Positions 49,275-60,550 of a stretch of 64,000 nucleotides of DNA are shown here, in pieces (position 1 is the stretch's first letter; the number at the start of each line of letters is the position of its first letter). A model generated the notes under the pieces. That model had not been told where the DNA came from. It searched no databases and saw only the letters and a program-made list of their open reading frames with translations. The translations under genes were made by a program, and so were the position numbers. The stretch is from Azolla caroliniana (lineage: Eukaryota > Plantae > Polypodiophyta): assembly GCA_043228905.1 (NCBI GenBank), contig JBHGNT010000008.1, positions 22,010,001 to 22,074,000 of the forward strand. The letters run 5' to 3'.

Positions 49275-49888
49275 TGTCGAGGTATTCCTCGCGAATGCGT
49301 GGAATGAGGTGGGGCCTCGGGGGTCTTGTACCGAAGAGCGAGAGACAAAGGAGAAGGGAAGGGACCCACTACGTGTGGGCGTAGATTCACAGGGACACGG
49401 CCCTTCGACACAAAGACGCGAGTGGGACACCGACGTAGAGAGACACAAATGTATGTATATATATATTAACAAGGACAAACAACAAGAAGCACGAAGTCGG
49501 TTACAACCGAACAGGCCGGCGAACAGATGCCGATGCCTGTTCGTAAACGCTCAGAAAGAAAGGAGTAGGTTGGAGGTGTTGTCAGAAGCACTCAAGCATT
49601 CCTCAGAGTAGCGCGAGCCTCCCGAAACCCTGCACAGAAAGAAGCTACGGAGTATGGAAGAGAGAGAAGCCTTCGGCCCACAACTCGACAGCACTTCGTC
49701 CCCTCTAACCGCGATTCCCCCCCTTTTATAGGCAAGAAAGGAGCCGTTTCCCATTAACTTCCTACCTACCTAGGATCTTCTATGTACCTAATTCTCTCTT
49801 ATGTACTACATAAGACGTACGTGCATGAAGAGCCGGTTCCTACGCTCCGGTGCACCGATTCCGCTTGTGGACGGTTTTCTGCACAACA
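49275..49888 (-). repeat. C2 3' LTR
   Basis: Repeat of 55590-56216. Confidence 0.94.
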
Positions 49889-49961
49889 TCCGCCCCCACC
49901 TAACCGCGCATCCACCAGCATGCGCCAAATTGAGTTGGGACGGAGAAAACCGGTCCAGCCT

Positions 49962-52900
49962 TCAATCCCCGCTCGTCGGTTCTTCCTCGGTTTCGGATCG
50001 TTCGTCGTCATGGTCCAGGTTAACCGGATCCGGCTCGTCGTCGTGACGCTTCTTGAACGCTTTGATCCGCTTCCCAGCTACCGGTATCGCCATTCGCGTG
50101 CCGTCGAGCTCCGCCAGATGGTACGTCCCGTTGTCGTTGGCACTTTGTACCACGTAAGGCCCAAACCACCTTCTTGCGAACTTCTGTGTCGCTCGGTGCT
50201 GGTTGTCGAGGCTGCTGTCGTAGACTAGCACCCAGTCGCCTTCCTCGATCTTCTTTGGTCGGAGCCGGTGCGTTCGGTCGAACCGGGCTTTGTTCCTCGT
50301 CCTTGCCACCCGAAGCTTTCCCGCAGCCTGCTCCACGTCCTCCGGTCTTCGCTCGAGCTGTCGTATGCGCGCCGCCAACAGTTCCTCCCGGCTCATCTCG
50401 TCTTTCCAGTCCACGGTTGCCCATGAGGAGATCGTACGTTCCATCGGCATGATCGGCTTCTGCCCAAACATGAGCTCTACCGGCATGAATCCGGTTACCG
50501 AACTGTGCGTAGTTCGGTCCACCCACAACGCGTAAGGCAACAGTCCCGGCCAGTTCCCGACTTGACCTCCGCATGCCCGAACTAACGCCTTGACGATCGG
50601 TCCGTGTCCGCGCTCCACCTTCCCATTCGCCTCCGGATTGTACGCAGTGGTAAGCAAGAGCTTGACTCCTAGCCGGTCGAACAGCTCCTCGGCCTCTTCG
50701 GCATCCAACTCCCCGCAATTAGCCACGATCTTCCCGACGCACCCGTACTGGCATATCACGTCCTCGATCAAGAACCGACATACGGCCGCGGTCGTTTTGT
50801 TCTGAAGGGCTCAGCCTTCCACCTGGTTCGTCAGATCTTCCCAAGCCAGGACCAGATATCGCATCTGTCCTACTCCCATCGGCATCGTCACCAGATCTAC
50901 CATCCATTTGAAGTGGATGGTCGAAGGGTACGTAGGGTGAAGCTCATCCCGATGTCGGACTATGGAGTGCATCTGACAGCTCTCGCAAGTTGTCACAAAC
51001 CGATGCACATCCCGGTACAGTCCCGGCCACCAGTACTTCCCCTTTATCTTCTCGAACGTGGCCCACGTTCCACGGTGTCCAGCCCAAGGGCTGTCGTGGT
51101 AGGCCGTCAGCAGCTCCTCTTGTTCTTCCTTCATCGCCACCACCCGGAGCGGGACGCCGTTCCTCTTCTTCGGGTGCTTCCATAAGTATCCGTCCCGGAG
51201 AAAGAATCGGTATGCTTTCTTCCAGATCCGGTTGGCCTCGTCCCTCGTCCACGACGCATCCGGTGTCATTGTCCTCAAGAAACCACCGATCTGGAGCCAC
51301 TCGCCGTCGTACTTGCTCTCGTCGAAGCCGTTAAGCGCCGGAGTGCTCGTCCCATCGGTCGTCACGTACGCTGCCTCGAGGAAGTACACACCGACTTCTT
51401 CGTCCTCCGAAACCATGCCGCCCTCGTCATCAAACCTCGCCCTCGAAAGCATGTCGGCCATGGCGTTGTCCTTTCCGGAAATGTGTCGTATTCCCGGGTC
51501 CAGGGACTTGATGTATGCTATCCAACTGAGCATCGCCAGGTCCGGTGTCGCGCATCCGGAAACCATGTCGAGAATTGGGAGGCAATCCGTCTCGATAATC
51601 ACTTCTGTCCCGATCAGGTAGTCTTTGTCGGCCTTTACTGCCGAAACGATACCCCAGAGTTCGCGTTTAACCTGGGCGTACCCTCGTTGTCGCTCACTAA
51701 GGACCTTTGCGCCGAATCGGATCGGGAACCGAATGTCGTCCTCGTCTTCTTGGTTGACGACCCATCCGATCCCGGTCGGACTTGTATCCACCGTTATGTA
51801 TACCGGGGTATCCTTCTCGTAGACAGCCTTCCGGAGCGCCGGTGCTGCCGCAAGAGCTTCCTTCAGCTTCCGGACCGACTCCGTGTGCTCATCTCGCCAC
51901 TCGAATTTTCGCCCTTTCTTCAGCAACCCGTATAGCGGCTCCGCAACGTGGCGTAATGCGGGATCCATATGTGGTAGAATGCGCACGCCCCCAAGAACCT
52001 CCGAACTTCCGTAACCGAGCTACAATCGGTCTTCATCGCGGAGATGGCTTCTACTTTTGCCGGAGACGGCTTCCGGCCATATGGTCCGCATAGGTGTCCG
52101 ACCACCAGGATTTCTGATTGCCCGAAGGCCGATTTCTCCCCGGAGAATGTGAGCCTCGCAACCTCTAGCCTTTGTAGCACATTCTCGCAGTCGTCGATGT
52201 GTGTTGCCACGAATCGCCGGCATCCGTCCGGCCCGAGTGTCTCGTCCTTCTCTTCCACCGGGCACCCCTTGATCGGGATGTCTTCTAGAAATGGCATGGT
52301 GATGTCCAGGATGCAATCCCTAAGTACCTTGTTCATTGCATTCACCATGTGGGCCACCGAGTTGGTCCCTCCTTGTGGCAGGGTACACATTCGCACTAGG
52401 CCGAGGGGAGTTCGCATCGTCGTAATGTCTCTGCTCTCCACGACTAGCTGGAACTGGTCGTACCCCGAGTACAGATCACCGACCGAGTAAATCGACCTTC
52501 CGGTGAAGGCCTCCGCGAACTCGTCTATGGTCGGTCTGATTCCTGTGTTCCGAATGGTCACTCTGTTGACCGGCTGCAGGTCTTGAATGAAGCGTAATGT
52601 TCCGTTTTTCTTTGGTACGGTAAACCATCGGTTCGAGTATGGGGCACTCGACGGTTCGAGAATGCCCATATCGACTTTCTGCCTCAATAGCTCCATCAAC
52701 TTCAGGATGTGAGCTTTCGGTACTGGAATCGGCTTGAGATTCCACGGCACATGCGGTACCGTGAATATCACCATCGGCTCCACGATTGTCGGGTCTACGC
52801 ACCCGATCTCTTCCGGTGAGAATGCGAAGGCTTTCCCGTGCCTTCCGAGCATTCTCCGAAACCGGTCTTCCTCCGCCGGCAGTAGGAACCCGCCCCCACC

Positions 52901-55546
52901 GATTTTGAGCTCCCAGAGCGTCCCGTCGGTGAAGGTGTGTCCTATGCAGACCGGATCTCGTAAACTGGGGTCCGCCGCAACCCCTCTGATTCGGGATTCG
53001 CTGCCCTCCGGTAAGGGTGTCGCGACTGGCCTTACCTTCCGGTCCACCGTCTTGTACTTCGTGCTAACCCGGGCCGTCCGATCCGACCCGAGCCCTGACT
53101 GAAGTTCGCGATGACTTCGTACATCTCTTCGGAACATACCGGTATCGTCCGGTCTTTGTTAAGGTCTTCTCCGGCTACCTCGCTCAGCATTCCCAAGGTG
53201 TCGTCGAAGGAGACCGCCTCCACGGCTCCGCTGATTTCCTCGTCCGGGCCGAGAACTCCGCACGCTCGAAGTCGCTCCTCCGCCCTTGCCTTTTCTCGGC
53301 CAACGACGCCGACTATCATACACCCTCCGTCGTTGGAGAAGAAAATTTTTATACCTATCGTACAAGGTTTCTTCGGTTTCGGTTCTATCATACAACTGTG
53401 GGGACTTTCCCGAGTGTCCGGACTGTCTCGGCCCCACGCCTTGGCAGCCCTCTCTAAAAATCCTCCCGGTTCTCGCCACCGACGGATTCGCGGTTTCGCT
53501 CGTGGTTCGGCCGCACCGTCAGAAATTGGACCGAATGGTGCCCGTCCTGGCTTTTGACCCTCGCGTAGGCCGAACCGTTGTCCAGCACCTTGGTCTCCAT
53601 TCGCGCCGTCGTGATGTATGGTTCCCCGAATATGACCGGGTGCGAGGACGTCTCCTGTACGAAGAAGTGCTGGTCAATCTCGACGTCGCCGATCTTGAAT
53701 CGCACGTTCGAGCAGGCCCCGTGCAGTTCCTCGGTGGCGCGCGTCCCGCCCGTATCTTCCACCCATGCTTGGTGTTGGCAGCGAGGCCCGAAAGGAGAGC
53801 AAAGACGGATTCTGGTCGGCAATGCTGGAAGGCCTCGCCGGCGCACGATTGAGGAAAGATGAAGCGGACCGCGCTAAGAGACGGGTCTGGGAAATAACCG
53901 GGTGGAGCGACCCGGTCGAGGAGAAGACGGGCTTCGTAGAAGCCGCCTGCCGGAACTACAAGGCTCTGGTAGAAGACAAACGAGTAGGGAAAGCCGGAGC
54001 GGTCGGGCCCTCACAACGATACGAGACCCGATTCGGGCAACGACGGAACGATGTCGGTGGGTCCAGCGCGCAAGATAACCCCAGGAAGGGCGGATACCGA
54101 CTGGGGACGGAAATAGAAAGGACCACGGACACCTACGAAAGGTCCTAGAAGAACGGATCCTCGACAGCAAAGTGGAGCTGTCATTGCGGGAGGTGCTGGG
54201 GATCGCTAAGAAGGAGTTCCACGACTCCATTGTGGACTTGGTGAAGCGGAAGAGGCTGTCGACGGAGACGGAACTGGAAAAACCGATGGAGGTGCGGACG
54301 ACGCACATCGACGACTTGGCGCTGGAAGATGAGTGGGCGGAGAGCCACTATTCGAGGCCACACTGGGCCCGAGCGACCACGGAGACCCCGGTAAAGATCG
54401 GAGATGTTCAGGAACCAGTGGTGGCACTGGTGGACCACGGTTCGGAAATAAACCTGATGTCCATGGACTTCTATAAGAAGGAAATAAACCTGATGTCCGA
54501 CCCGAATACCGGCCGACGCCGAGTAGTGGATGGCCTCCACGTGTCGGGCCGCTGCCTCTTCCATCAGTCTCTTCATACCTCCTCGCCCGTCGTTCCGGTT
54601 TAGGGCCCTTCTGGTATCGCCGGCGTGCACTCGGCCTTCCCATAGGTACACCACCCGGTTCCTCAACGCCTCTGCGAAATCGCCGCAGTCCTTCCGAATG
54701 TGGCCGACCTCGTCACACCACATGCACCTGTTCCCTGCTACCGGCCGTCTGGGCGATCTGGAGATCCTTTATCGCCCCCGTCAACTCCTCCAGCGCTGCT
54801 CCTCCGGACGAGTCATTGACCATGCCGGTCAGAGCCGACCCGGTTTCGAGCCACTCCCGGGCTTCTGCCCTTCGCCCTTGCGATGCCGGTTCAAGCCTCC
54901 TTGCTGTGACAGAGCCCGCACCGGCCGCCCCGTTATCAGCCCATTCTCGCCGTTTGTCGAAACGGCCACAGACTCTCTTAACCGCAGCCCAGTCGGTCGT
55001 CAGCCCGTCTTCGGTTTCCAGCAAGGAGCCAACTTGATCCCGGTCCCGCTCGTCCACCGACTTGACGAACAGTAGGACCCGGCTCGTATCCAGAATGGTT
55101 CGGTCAAGCACCGAAAGGCGCGCAAAGCGTTCTTCAAACTCCCGGAGGAGTGCCGACGCGTTTCTTCCCTTGCCGGGGGACTCCACCCATTCCATGAAGT
55201 CCCGTTTCGAAAGCCGGAGCGCGTCATCCAGCCCGTATTTTTCTAGGAGTCGGCCTTCGAACTCCTCCCAGGTACGGCTCTCCGCCCGTACCTCGAGCAC
55301 CTCCGCATGGATGCTCGGCATCGCCACTCGAGGGAACCCGGCAAGACGCCTCTCTTCCGGAATGTCCCGCATCAGCATTTCTGCCCCGTAGGACGCCAAA
55401 TACTTCGTGGCATCCTTTCCGTTGAACCGGCCGATCGTACCGACGACCGCCTCAATGGCTCTGTCGAGGACGTTGGTGCCCTCGCGTGCGCTCAATATCC
55501 GATCCACGGCCGAAGCCATGGCCTCTGCAAGATCCGACCCCCTCAT
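49962..55546 (-). pseudogene. C2 gag-pol with frameshifts and an internal inversion
   Basis: Same motifs as C1; 53777-54481 is inverted relative to C1. Confidence 0.93.
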
Positions 55547-55569
55547 CTTCTGCTCTTCTGCCGCCTCTT

Positions 55570-55586
55570 TCACGTCGGGTTCACCA
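55570..55586 (-). promoter_or_regulatory. PBS for tRNA-Trp (C2)
   Basis: Minus strand TGGTGAACCCGACGTGA, 3 nt from the LTR. Confidence 0.85.
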
Positions 55587-55589
55587 AGA

Positions 55590-56216
55590 TGCCGAGGTAT
55601 TCCTCGCAGATGCGTGGAATGAGGCGGGGCCTCGGGGGTCTTGTACCGAAGACCAAGAAACAAAGGAGAAGGGAAGGGACCCACTACGTGTGGGCGTAGA
55701 TTCATAGGGACACGGCCCTTCGACACAAAGACGCGAGTGGGACATCGACGCAGAGAGACACGAATGTATGTATATATATATTAACAAGGACAAACAACAA
55801 GAAGCACGAAGTCGGTTACAACCGAACAGGCCGGCGAACAGATGCCGATGCCTGTTCGTTAACACTCAAAAAGAAAGGAGTAGGTTGGAGGTGCTGCTGG
55901 AAGCACTCGGGCATTCCTCAGAGCAGCGCGATCCTCCCGAAACCCTGCACAGAAAGAAGCTACGGAGTATGGAAGAGAGAGAAGCCTTCGGCCCACAACC
56001 CGACAGCACTTCGTCCCCTCTAACCGCGATTCCCCCCCTTTTATAGGCAAGAAAGGAGTCGTTTCCCATTAACTTCCTACCTACCGAATCTACCTACCTA
56101 GGATCTTCTATGTACCTAATTCTCTCTTATGTACTACATAAGACGTACGTGCATGAAGAGCCGGTTCCTACACTCCGGTGCACCGATTCCGCTTGTGGAC
56201 GGTTTTCTTCACGACA
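55590..56216 (-). repeat. C2 5' LTR
   Basis: TG...CA termini; adjacent to PBS. Confidence 0.94.
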
Positions 56217-56220
56217 ACGT

Positions 56221-56614
56221 CAAAATCATCAAGCAACTGAAGGAGGAACAGCAAGCGGCGGAAACCAAATCGCAATTGGGAACGGGCCGGATTCAGTCCA
56301 TCCTTCGGGCATGGCTAAATCAGACAAAACACTTGATTGACGAAAGCTCCGTAAGATGGTGGACAAAGTGGGCACAAAACACGGCGGAACTCCAATTGCT
56401 ACGGGCAGACGTGGCAAACCGGCGAAAGGAAGGAGATGATTGTTATACGTTGACTTCCGAGGACTTCACCGCCATACCGGACGAGCTAGTCGACGACTTC
56501 CAAGTCCTGGCGGATGAACAGCTAGCGCAGGTCCGGCAATTCGTAGCTCAACTAGACGATGATAGGCTGGACGCTCAAATCCGGTTTGAAAGCACGGGAA
56601 GCGGCAACGGTTAA
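56221..56614 (+). pseudogene. D ORF3, C-terminal part
   Basis: Frame continues across the ACGT TSD (QAEDNV|KIIKQLKEE...). Confidence 0.75.
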
Positions 56615-56905
56615 CCTTAGTGATGAGGAACCATCACCGGCCAAGGGCCAGCCCGGAACCAGTCAACCGGAGACCACTACAACGGAGGGAGCAACGACGG
56701 AGACGCCGGTGTCAGAGCAACAAACGGAGAAGCAGCCGCAGCAGCCACCAATGGACCCGTCGCAGCAGACATGAACAGAGCAGCAACAACAACAACAACA
56801 ACAACCAATTCCAGATGAACCATTGGAGACTCTCGAACAAAGCATTCTGGATATATTGGCCGAAGAATAGCAAGGGTCGGTTGTGGATTCGACGTACAAG
56901 GTACT

Positions 56906-56922
56906 GTCCCACGGGTGTGCCA
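56906..56922 (-). promoter_or_regulatory. tRNA-Arg (UCU-like) PBS antisense to gag-pol, at the expected PPT position of D
   Basis: + strand GTCCCACGGGTGTGCCA-TG-LTR; no purine tract present. Confidence 0.8.
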
Positions 56923-56924
56923 TG

Positions 56925-57355
56925 TGTTACCAGCCGGCAAAGGGTCCAGAGTGTGAAACGGGGAGTTATTTAATTAGTAGGAATGGTTGTAAGTAAGTTA
57001 TGAGTGTGGACGGACGGACCGGAATCGGTATGCCATTCCGGATCCGGACCGATCCCGAACAGGTGCGGATGGCACCGTTTTGTAATACAAACCGGAGACC
57101 TATTTAAAGGCCCGGATACAATGTAATGAACAACGGTTAATTAATAAAGCTTAGTGTTGTTATCTCTCTATGTTAATTGCCGTTTTGCATTCATTGTTAT
57201 ATCTTACGAGTGTGATTATTAAAGACGATCATGCTAAGTAACCTAATTAAGTCGGATTAATCGTTGAGTCTAATCCTATTGCCGTAATACCCTTTGGTGA
57301 AGTGTCTTCCGTAGACACCCTGTGTTAGGCCATTGTCCGGCCCTAAGAGTTAACA
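56925..57355 (+). repeat. D 3' LTR
   Basis: Repeat of 40534-40964. Confidence 0.95.
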
Positions 57356-57360
57356 CCGGA

Positions 57361-58360
57361 CACAGTCGTGATCACCGGCTGAGTAGGATGAGAAGCATTT
57401 TCGGTCCGGGGTAAGGTGGAACGACGCTCCGGAGTCTACCACCCAGGTCGTCTCGTCGCCGGCAAGGTTTATCTCACTCTCCTCGGTGATGAGCATCAAC
57501 TCTTCTTCACTTGCCGCGATTGTCGTTGTTCCCTTCCGGTCCGGCCCCCTCCGGTTTTTACCGTTCCGGTCCGGGGTCCGCTTCGAATCGGTACCGTCGG
57601 TTTCCTTGTCTTTTCGGAAATGCCGACAGTTCTTTTGGAAGTGTCTCGGGTTGCCGCAATAGAAGCAAGTAGGCCTCCCCCTTGACTTTGACCGTGTCCC
57701 CGACTTCTCCCGGTTCTGGGGACTATGGTTTCTATGTCTTCCGCATTCCGATTCGGTAAGGAGCACTTTGGAGTCGGAGCTCGTATCTTTATCCTTCTGA
57801 TGCGCCTCCTCATCTAGCAAGCTCGACTTTACTCTTGCTAGGGATAACCGTTTTCCTTCCGGCCCGGCGTTGCCCAAAGTGACAACCAACGTCTCCCAGC
57901 TATCCGGGAGGGAACCGAGCAGGAGTAGCGCTAGTACCTCATCGGCGAGAGGTACTTCCAATGAAGTTGCCTGGTGAATCAGCCCTTGGAAGGCATTCAT
58001 GTGCTCCGCCATGCTGGAGCCATCTTGGTACCGGAGTCTTACTAGCTTCCGGAATACCGAAACCTGATTGACAGCATTTTTGTTTTGAAACATTATGTCG
58101 ATCTTCTCCCAGAGCTCATGAGCCTTGCTCTCTTCATTCAAGTTGTTGTACAGGCTCATGTCGATGAAGCACTGTATGTACGTCGTTGTCTTCATGTGCA
58201 TCACCTCCCATATCACGGCGTCGATTTTGTCTAGTCTCTTGTCCCCGAACTGAACCGGCAACCAGAGGTCTTTAACCACGAGCATGTCCCTCATCTTCAA
58301 CTTCCACACTGAATAGTTGGAGCCGGTGAGCTTGAACATGCCGCCAAACGATTCGTCCAT
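57361..58360 (-). pseudogene. G gag and protease N-terminus
   Basis: MDESFGGMFKLTGSNYSVW...CFYCGNPRHFQKNC...WVVDSGASFH. Confidence 0.95.
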
Positions 58361-58389
58361 TTTCTATGTCGTTTCGATCTGATACCACT

Positions 58390-58984
58390 TGACGGGAACT
58401 AAGACGCTCCTTCTACACGACGCTCGGCCACAACCGAGCTTAGAATCATACACAGAAAACGGGAAATAATGAACGACACGAAGAAGAGACGAGTACGCAG
58501 GATGTTTACGTGGAAAAACCCAAACTAAGGGGAAAAACCACGGTAGCCCACAAGCTGCAAACTATCGCTATGTTAGAAAGTACAACAGTGAGTTCACGGA
58601 GTCAACGACCTCGTGCTCACGATCTTCGCCACAAGCGGCGGTTACAACAGAGGCAACGACCTCTTTCTCTCTCTCTCTCTCTGTACACAGTTACGCGCTC
58701 TCTTTCTCCTTTCACCAACAAGAAATGACAACATCCCATACTTAAAGTTGCCCTAAGTCATATTTATACTAATATGACTTTTCGGCTATTTACAAATATA
58801 GCCTCGATAGACTCTCAGAAACATATTTACAAATATGTCTCTTCATCCGGTGAGCATTCCTCACCAGGTCTGCACCATTCGGCTCTCCGTAGCCGGGTAC
58901 TCCTCATCCGATTTCGGCCTCGGTCGAGTTTGTTCATTGGCATTGTTCTTCTCTTTTCCATCCGGAGGGACCTGTCTCCCAACA
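58390..58984 (-). repeat. G 5' LTR (one 54-bp unit)
   Basis: TG...CA termini; PBS adjacent. Confidence 0.94.
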
Positions 58985-59272
58985 TAAGATATAACAATGA
59001 ATGCAGAACGGCAATTAACACAGAGAGATAAAAAACACTAAGCTTCATTAATTATCCGCTCCACATTACATTGTATCCGGGCCTTTAAATAGGTTTCTGG
59101 TTTGTAGTACAAAACGGTGCCATCCGCACCTGTTCGGGGTCGGTCCGGATCCGGAACGACATACCGGTTCCGGTCCGTCCCTCCACACTAATAGCTCACT
59201 TACAACCATTCCTTAATAATTAAATAACTCCTTCGTTTCACACTCTGGACTCCTTTGTCGGCCGGTAACACA

Positions 59273-59289
59273 TGGCACGCCCGTGGGAC
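59273..59289 (+). promoter_or_regulatory. tRNA-Arg-type antisense PBS of D'
   Basis: TGGCACGCCCGTGGGAC 2 nt from the LTR end. Confidence 0.8.
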
Positions 59290-59409
59290 AGTACCTTGTA
59301 CGTCGAATCCACCATCCGACCCTTGCTATTCTTCGTCCGGAACCGGAAGTGCTAAGGTTGGAACCTCCGGAACCAGAAGCAGAGGAAGAGCGACCTCCGA
59401 CACCGGAAG

Positions 59410-59929
59410 GCACCTCAAGTATGTGTCTCTGATTCGGCTCCGGTAAACTCCAACTTGACGATTTCACCGATTCAGATATGTCGGTTGATGCGGATACCAG
59501 CCAGTCAACATCCGGATATGTTATGACATATGTGGGGGGAGCTGTTTCGTGGCAATTGAGGTTGCAGAAGACGGTTGTGTTGTCAACCACGAAAGCGGAG
59601 TACATGGCGGTTGTGGAAGCCGGCAAGGAAATACTATGGATGAAGGACTTCATCGAAGAGCTAGGGATCCGGCAAGAGGAATATCGGCTCTATTGCGACA
59701 GTCAAAGTGCCATCCACCTTGTGAAGAACGCAGCGTATCATTCCAAGACGAAGCACATCCAGTGGAGGTACCACTAGATTCGGGAGTGAGTAGAAGACCG
59801 AGAGTTCGTGCTCATGAAGATCCACAAGGAGGAGAACGGGTCGGATATGTTGACCAAGGTGCTGAGGCCCGACAAGCTAGACGCATGCCGGAAGCGGATC
59901 GGATTGACGAGGCATCCATGCCAGAGTGA
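59410..59929 (+). pseudogene. F RNase H
   Basis: FTDSDM...STSGYV...STTKAEY...YHSKTKHI. Confidence 0.93.
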
Positions 59930-59939
59930 AGGGGGAGTT

Positions 59940-60545
59940 TGTTAGGATCTCGGTCCCTCCGGATGGGATACGAAGGCCCGGCATTGGAAGACCCAGTGAG
60001 AACTGGATGTGGAGTACCCAGAACCGGATCATGCAGACCCGGTGAGAACCGAATGACGAGTACCCGATGAGAACCTCTCACCAGATGAAGGGACATATAT
60101 GTAGATATGTCTCTGAGAGCCCATCGGGGCTATATCTGTAAATAGTCCTAATGTCATATTAGTATAAATGTGACCTAGGGCAAACAATGTGTATAATATA
60201 GTTGTTGTTATTATCTTCGTAAATAGTGTAATTGGTGTAACGATTGTACTGAGAGAGAGAGAGAGAGCAATACAGAGCATGTCTCTGTTGTAACCGCCGC
60301 CAGGCGAAGATTGTGATCAAGAGGTCGTTGCCTCTGTGCTCCTTGTTGTACTCCTTGACATATTAATAGTTTGGAGTCTATGGACTCCCGTGGTTTTTCC
60401 CTCTCAGGGTTTTCCACGTTAACATCCTGTGTATTCTCTTTCTGTTTGTGTACTTACCTCCATTCCCATTTCTTCTATGTTTGATTGTTATCAAGTTATC
60501 TACGCTTCGGTTGTGGCCGGAGATTATTCCGCATATTTCTCGTCA
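59940..60545 (+). repeat. F 3' LTR
   Basis: Repeat of 34648-35330 with fewer subrepeats. Confidence 0.93.
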
Positions 60546-60550
60546 ATATA

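Larger units (their letters stand above)
49275..56216 (-). mobile_element. Ty3/Gypsy element C2 (C family), inserted in D ORF3
   Basis: LTRs 49275-49888 and 55590-56216; 4-bp TSD ACGT at 49271-49274 and 56217-56220; tRNA-Trp PBS 55570-55586; PPT 49889-49900. Confidence 0.96.
40534..57355 (+). mobile_element. Non-chromoviral Ty3/Gypsy element D (same lineage as B), inserted in the protease of G
   Basis: 431-bp LTRs 40534-40964 and 56925-57355; TSD CCGGA at 40529-40533 and 57356-57360. Confidence 0.96.
36830..58984 (-). mobile_element. Ty1/Copia element G, inserted in the D' LTR
   Basis: LTRs 36830-37525 (inner end deleted) and 58390-58984; TSD TAAGA at 36825-36829 and 58985-58989; PBS 58376-58387 (iMet, one mismatch). 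Confidence 0.95.
36675..59335 (-). mobile_element. D' remnant: 3' LTR (36675-36829 plus 58990-59270, split by G) and ~65 bp of internal sequence from a D-family Gypsy
   Basis: Reverse complement of the D LTR and of 56860-56924; no second LTR or TSD survives. Confidence 0.88.
34648..60545 (+). mobile_element. Ty1/Copia element F (related to E and G), internally deleted, inserted in the protease of A
   Basis: LTRs 34648-35330 and 59940-60545; TSD ATATA at 34643-34647 and 60546-60550; PBS TGGTATCAGAGC 35334-35345; PPT about 59928-59937. Confidence 0.94.

Noticed and set aside
56784-56805. (CAA)n tract as a poly-Gln/Asn protein
   Set aside because: Microsatellite in the D 3' region with no supported reading frame
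56906-56922. tRNA-Arg gene
   Set aside because: Only the 3' 17 nt including CCA are present, with no cloverleaf upstream; treated as a primer site
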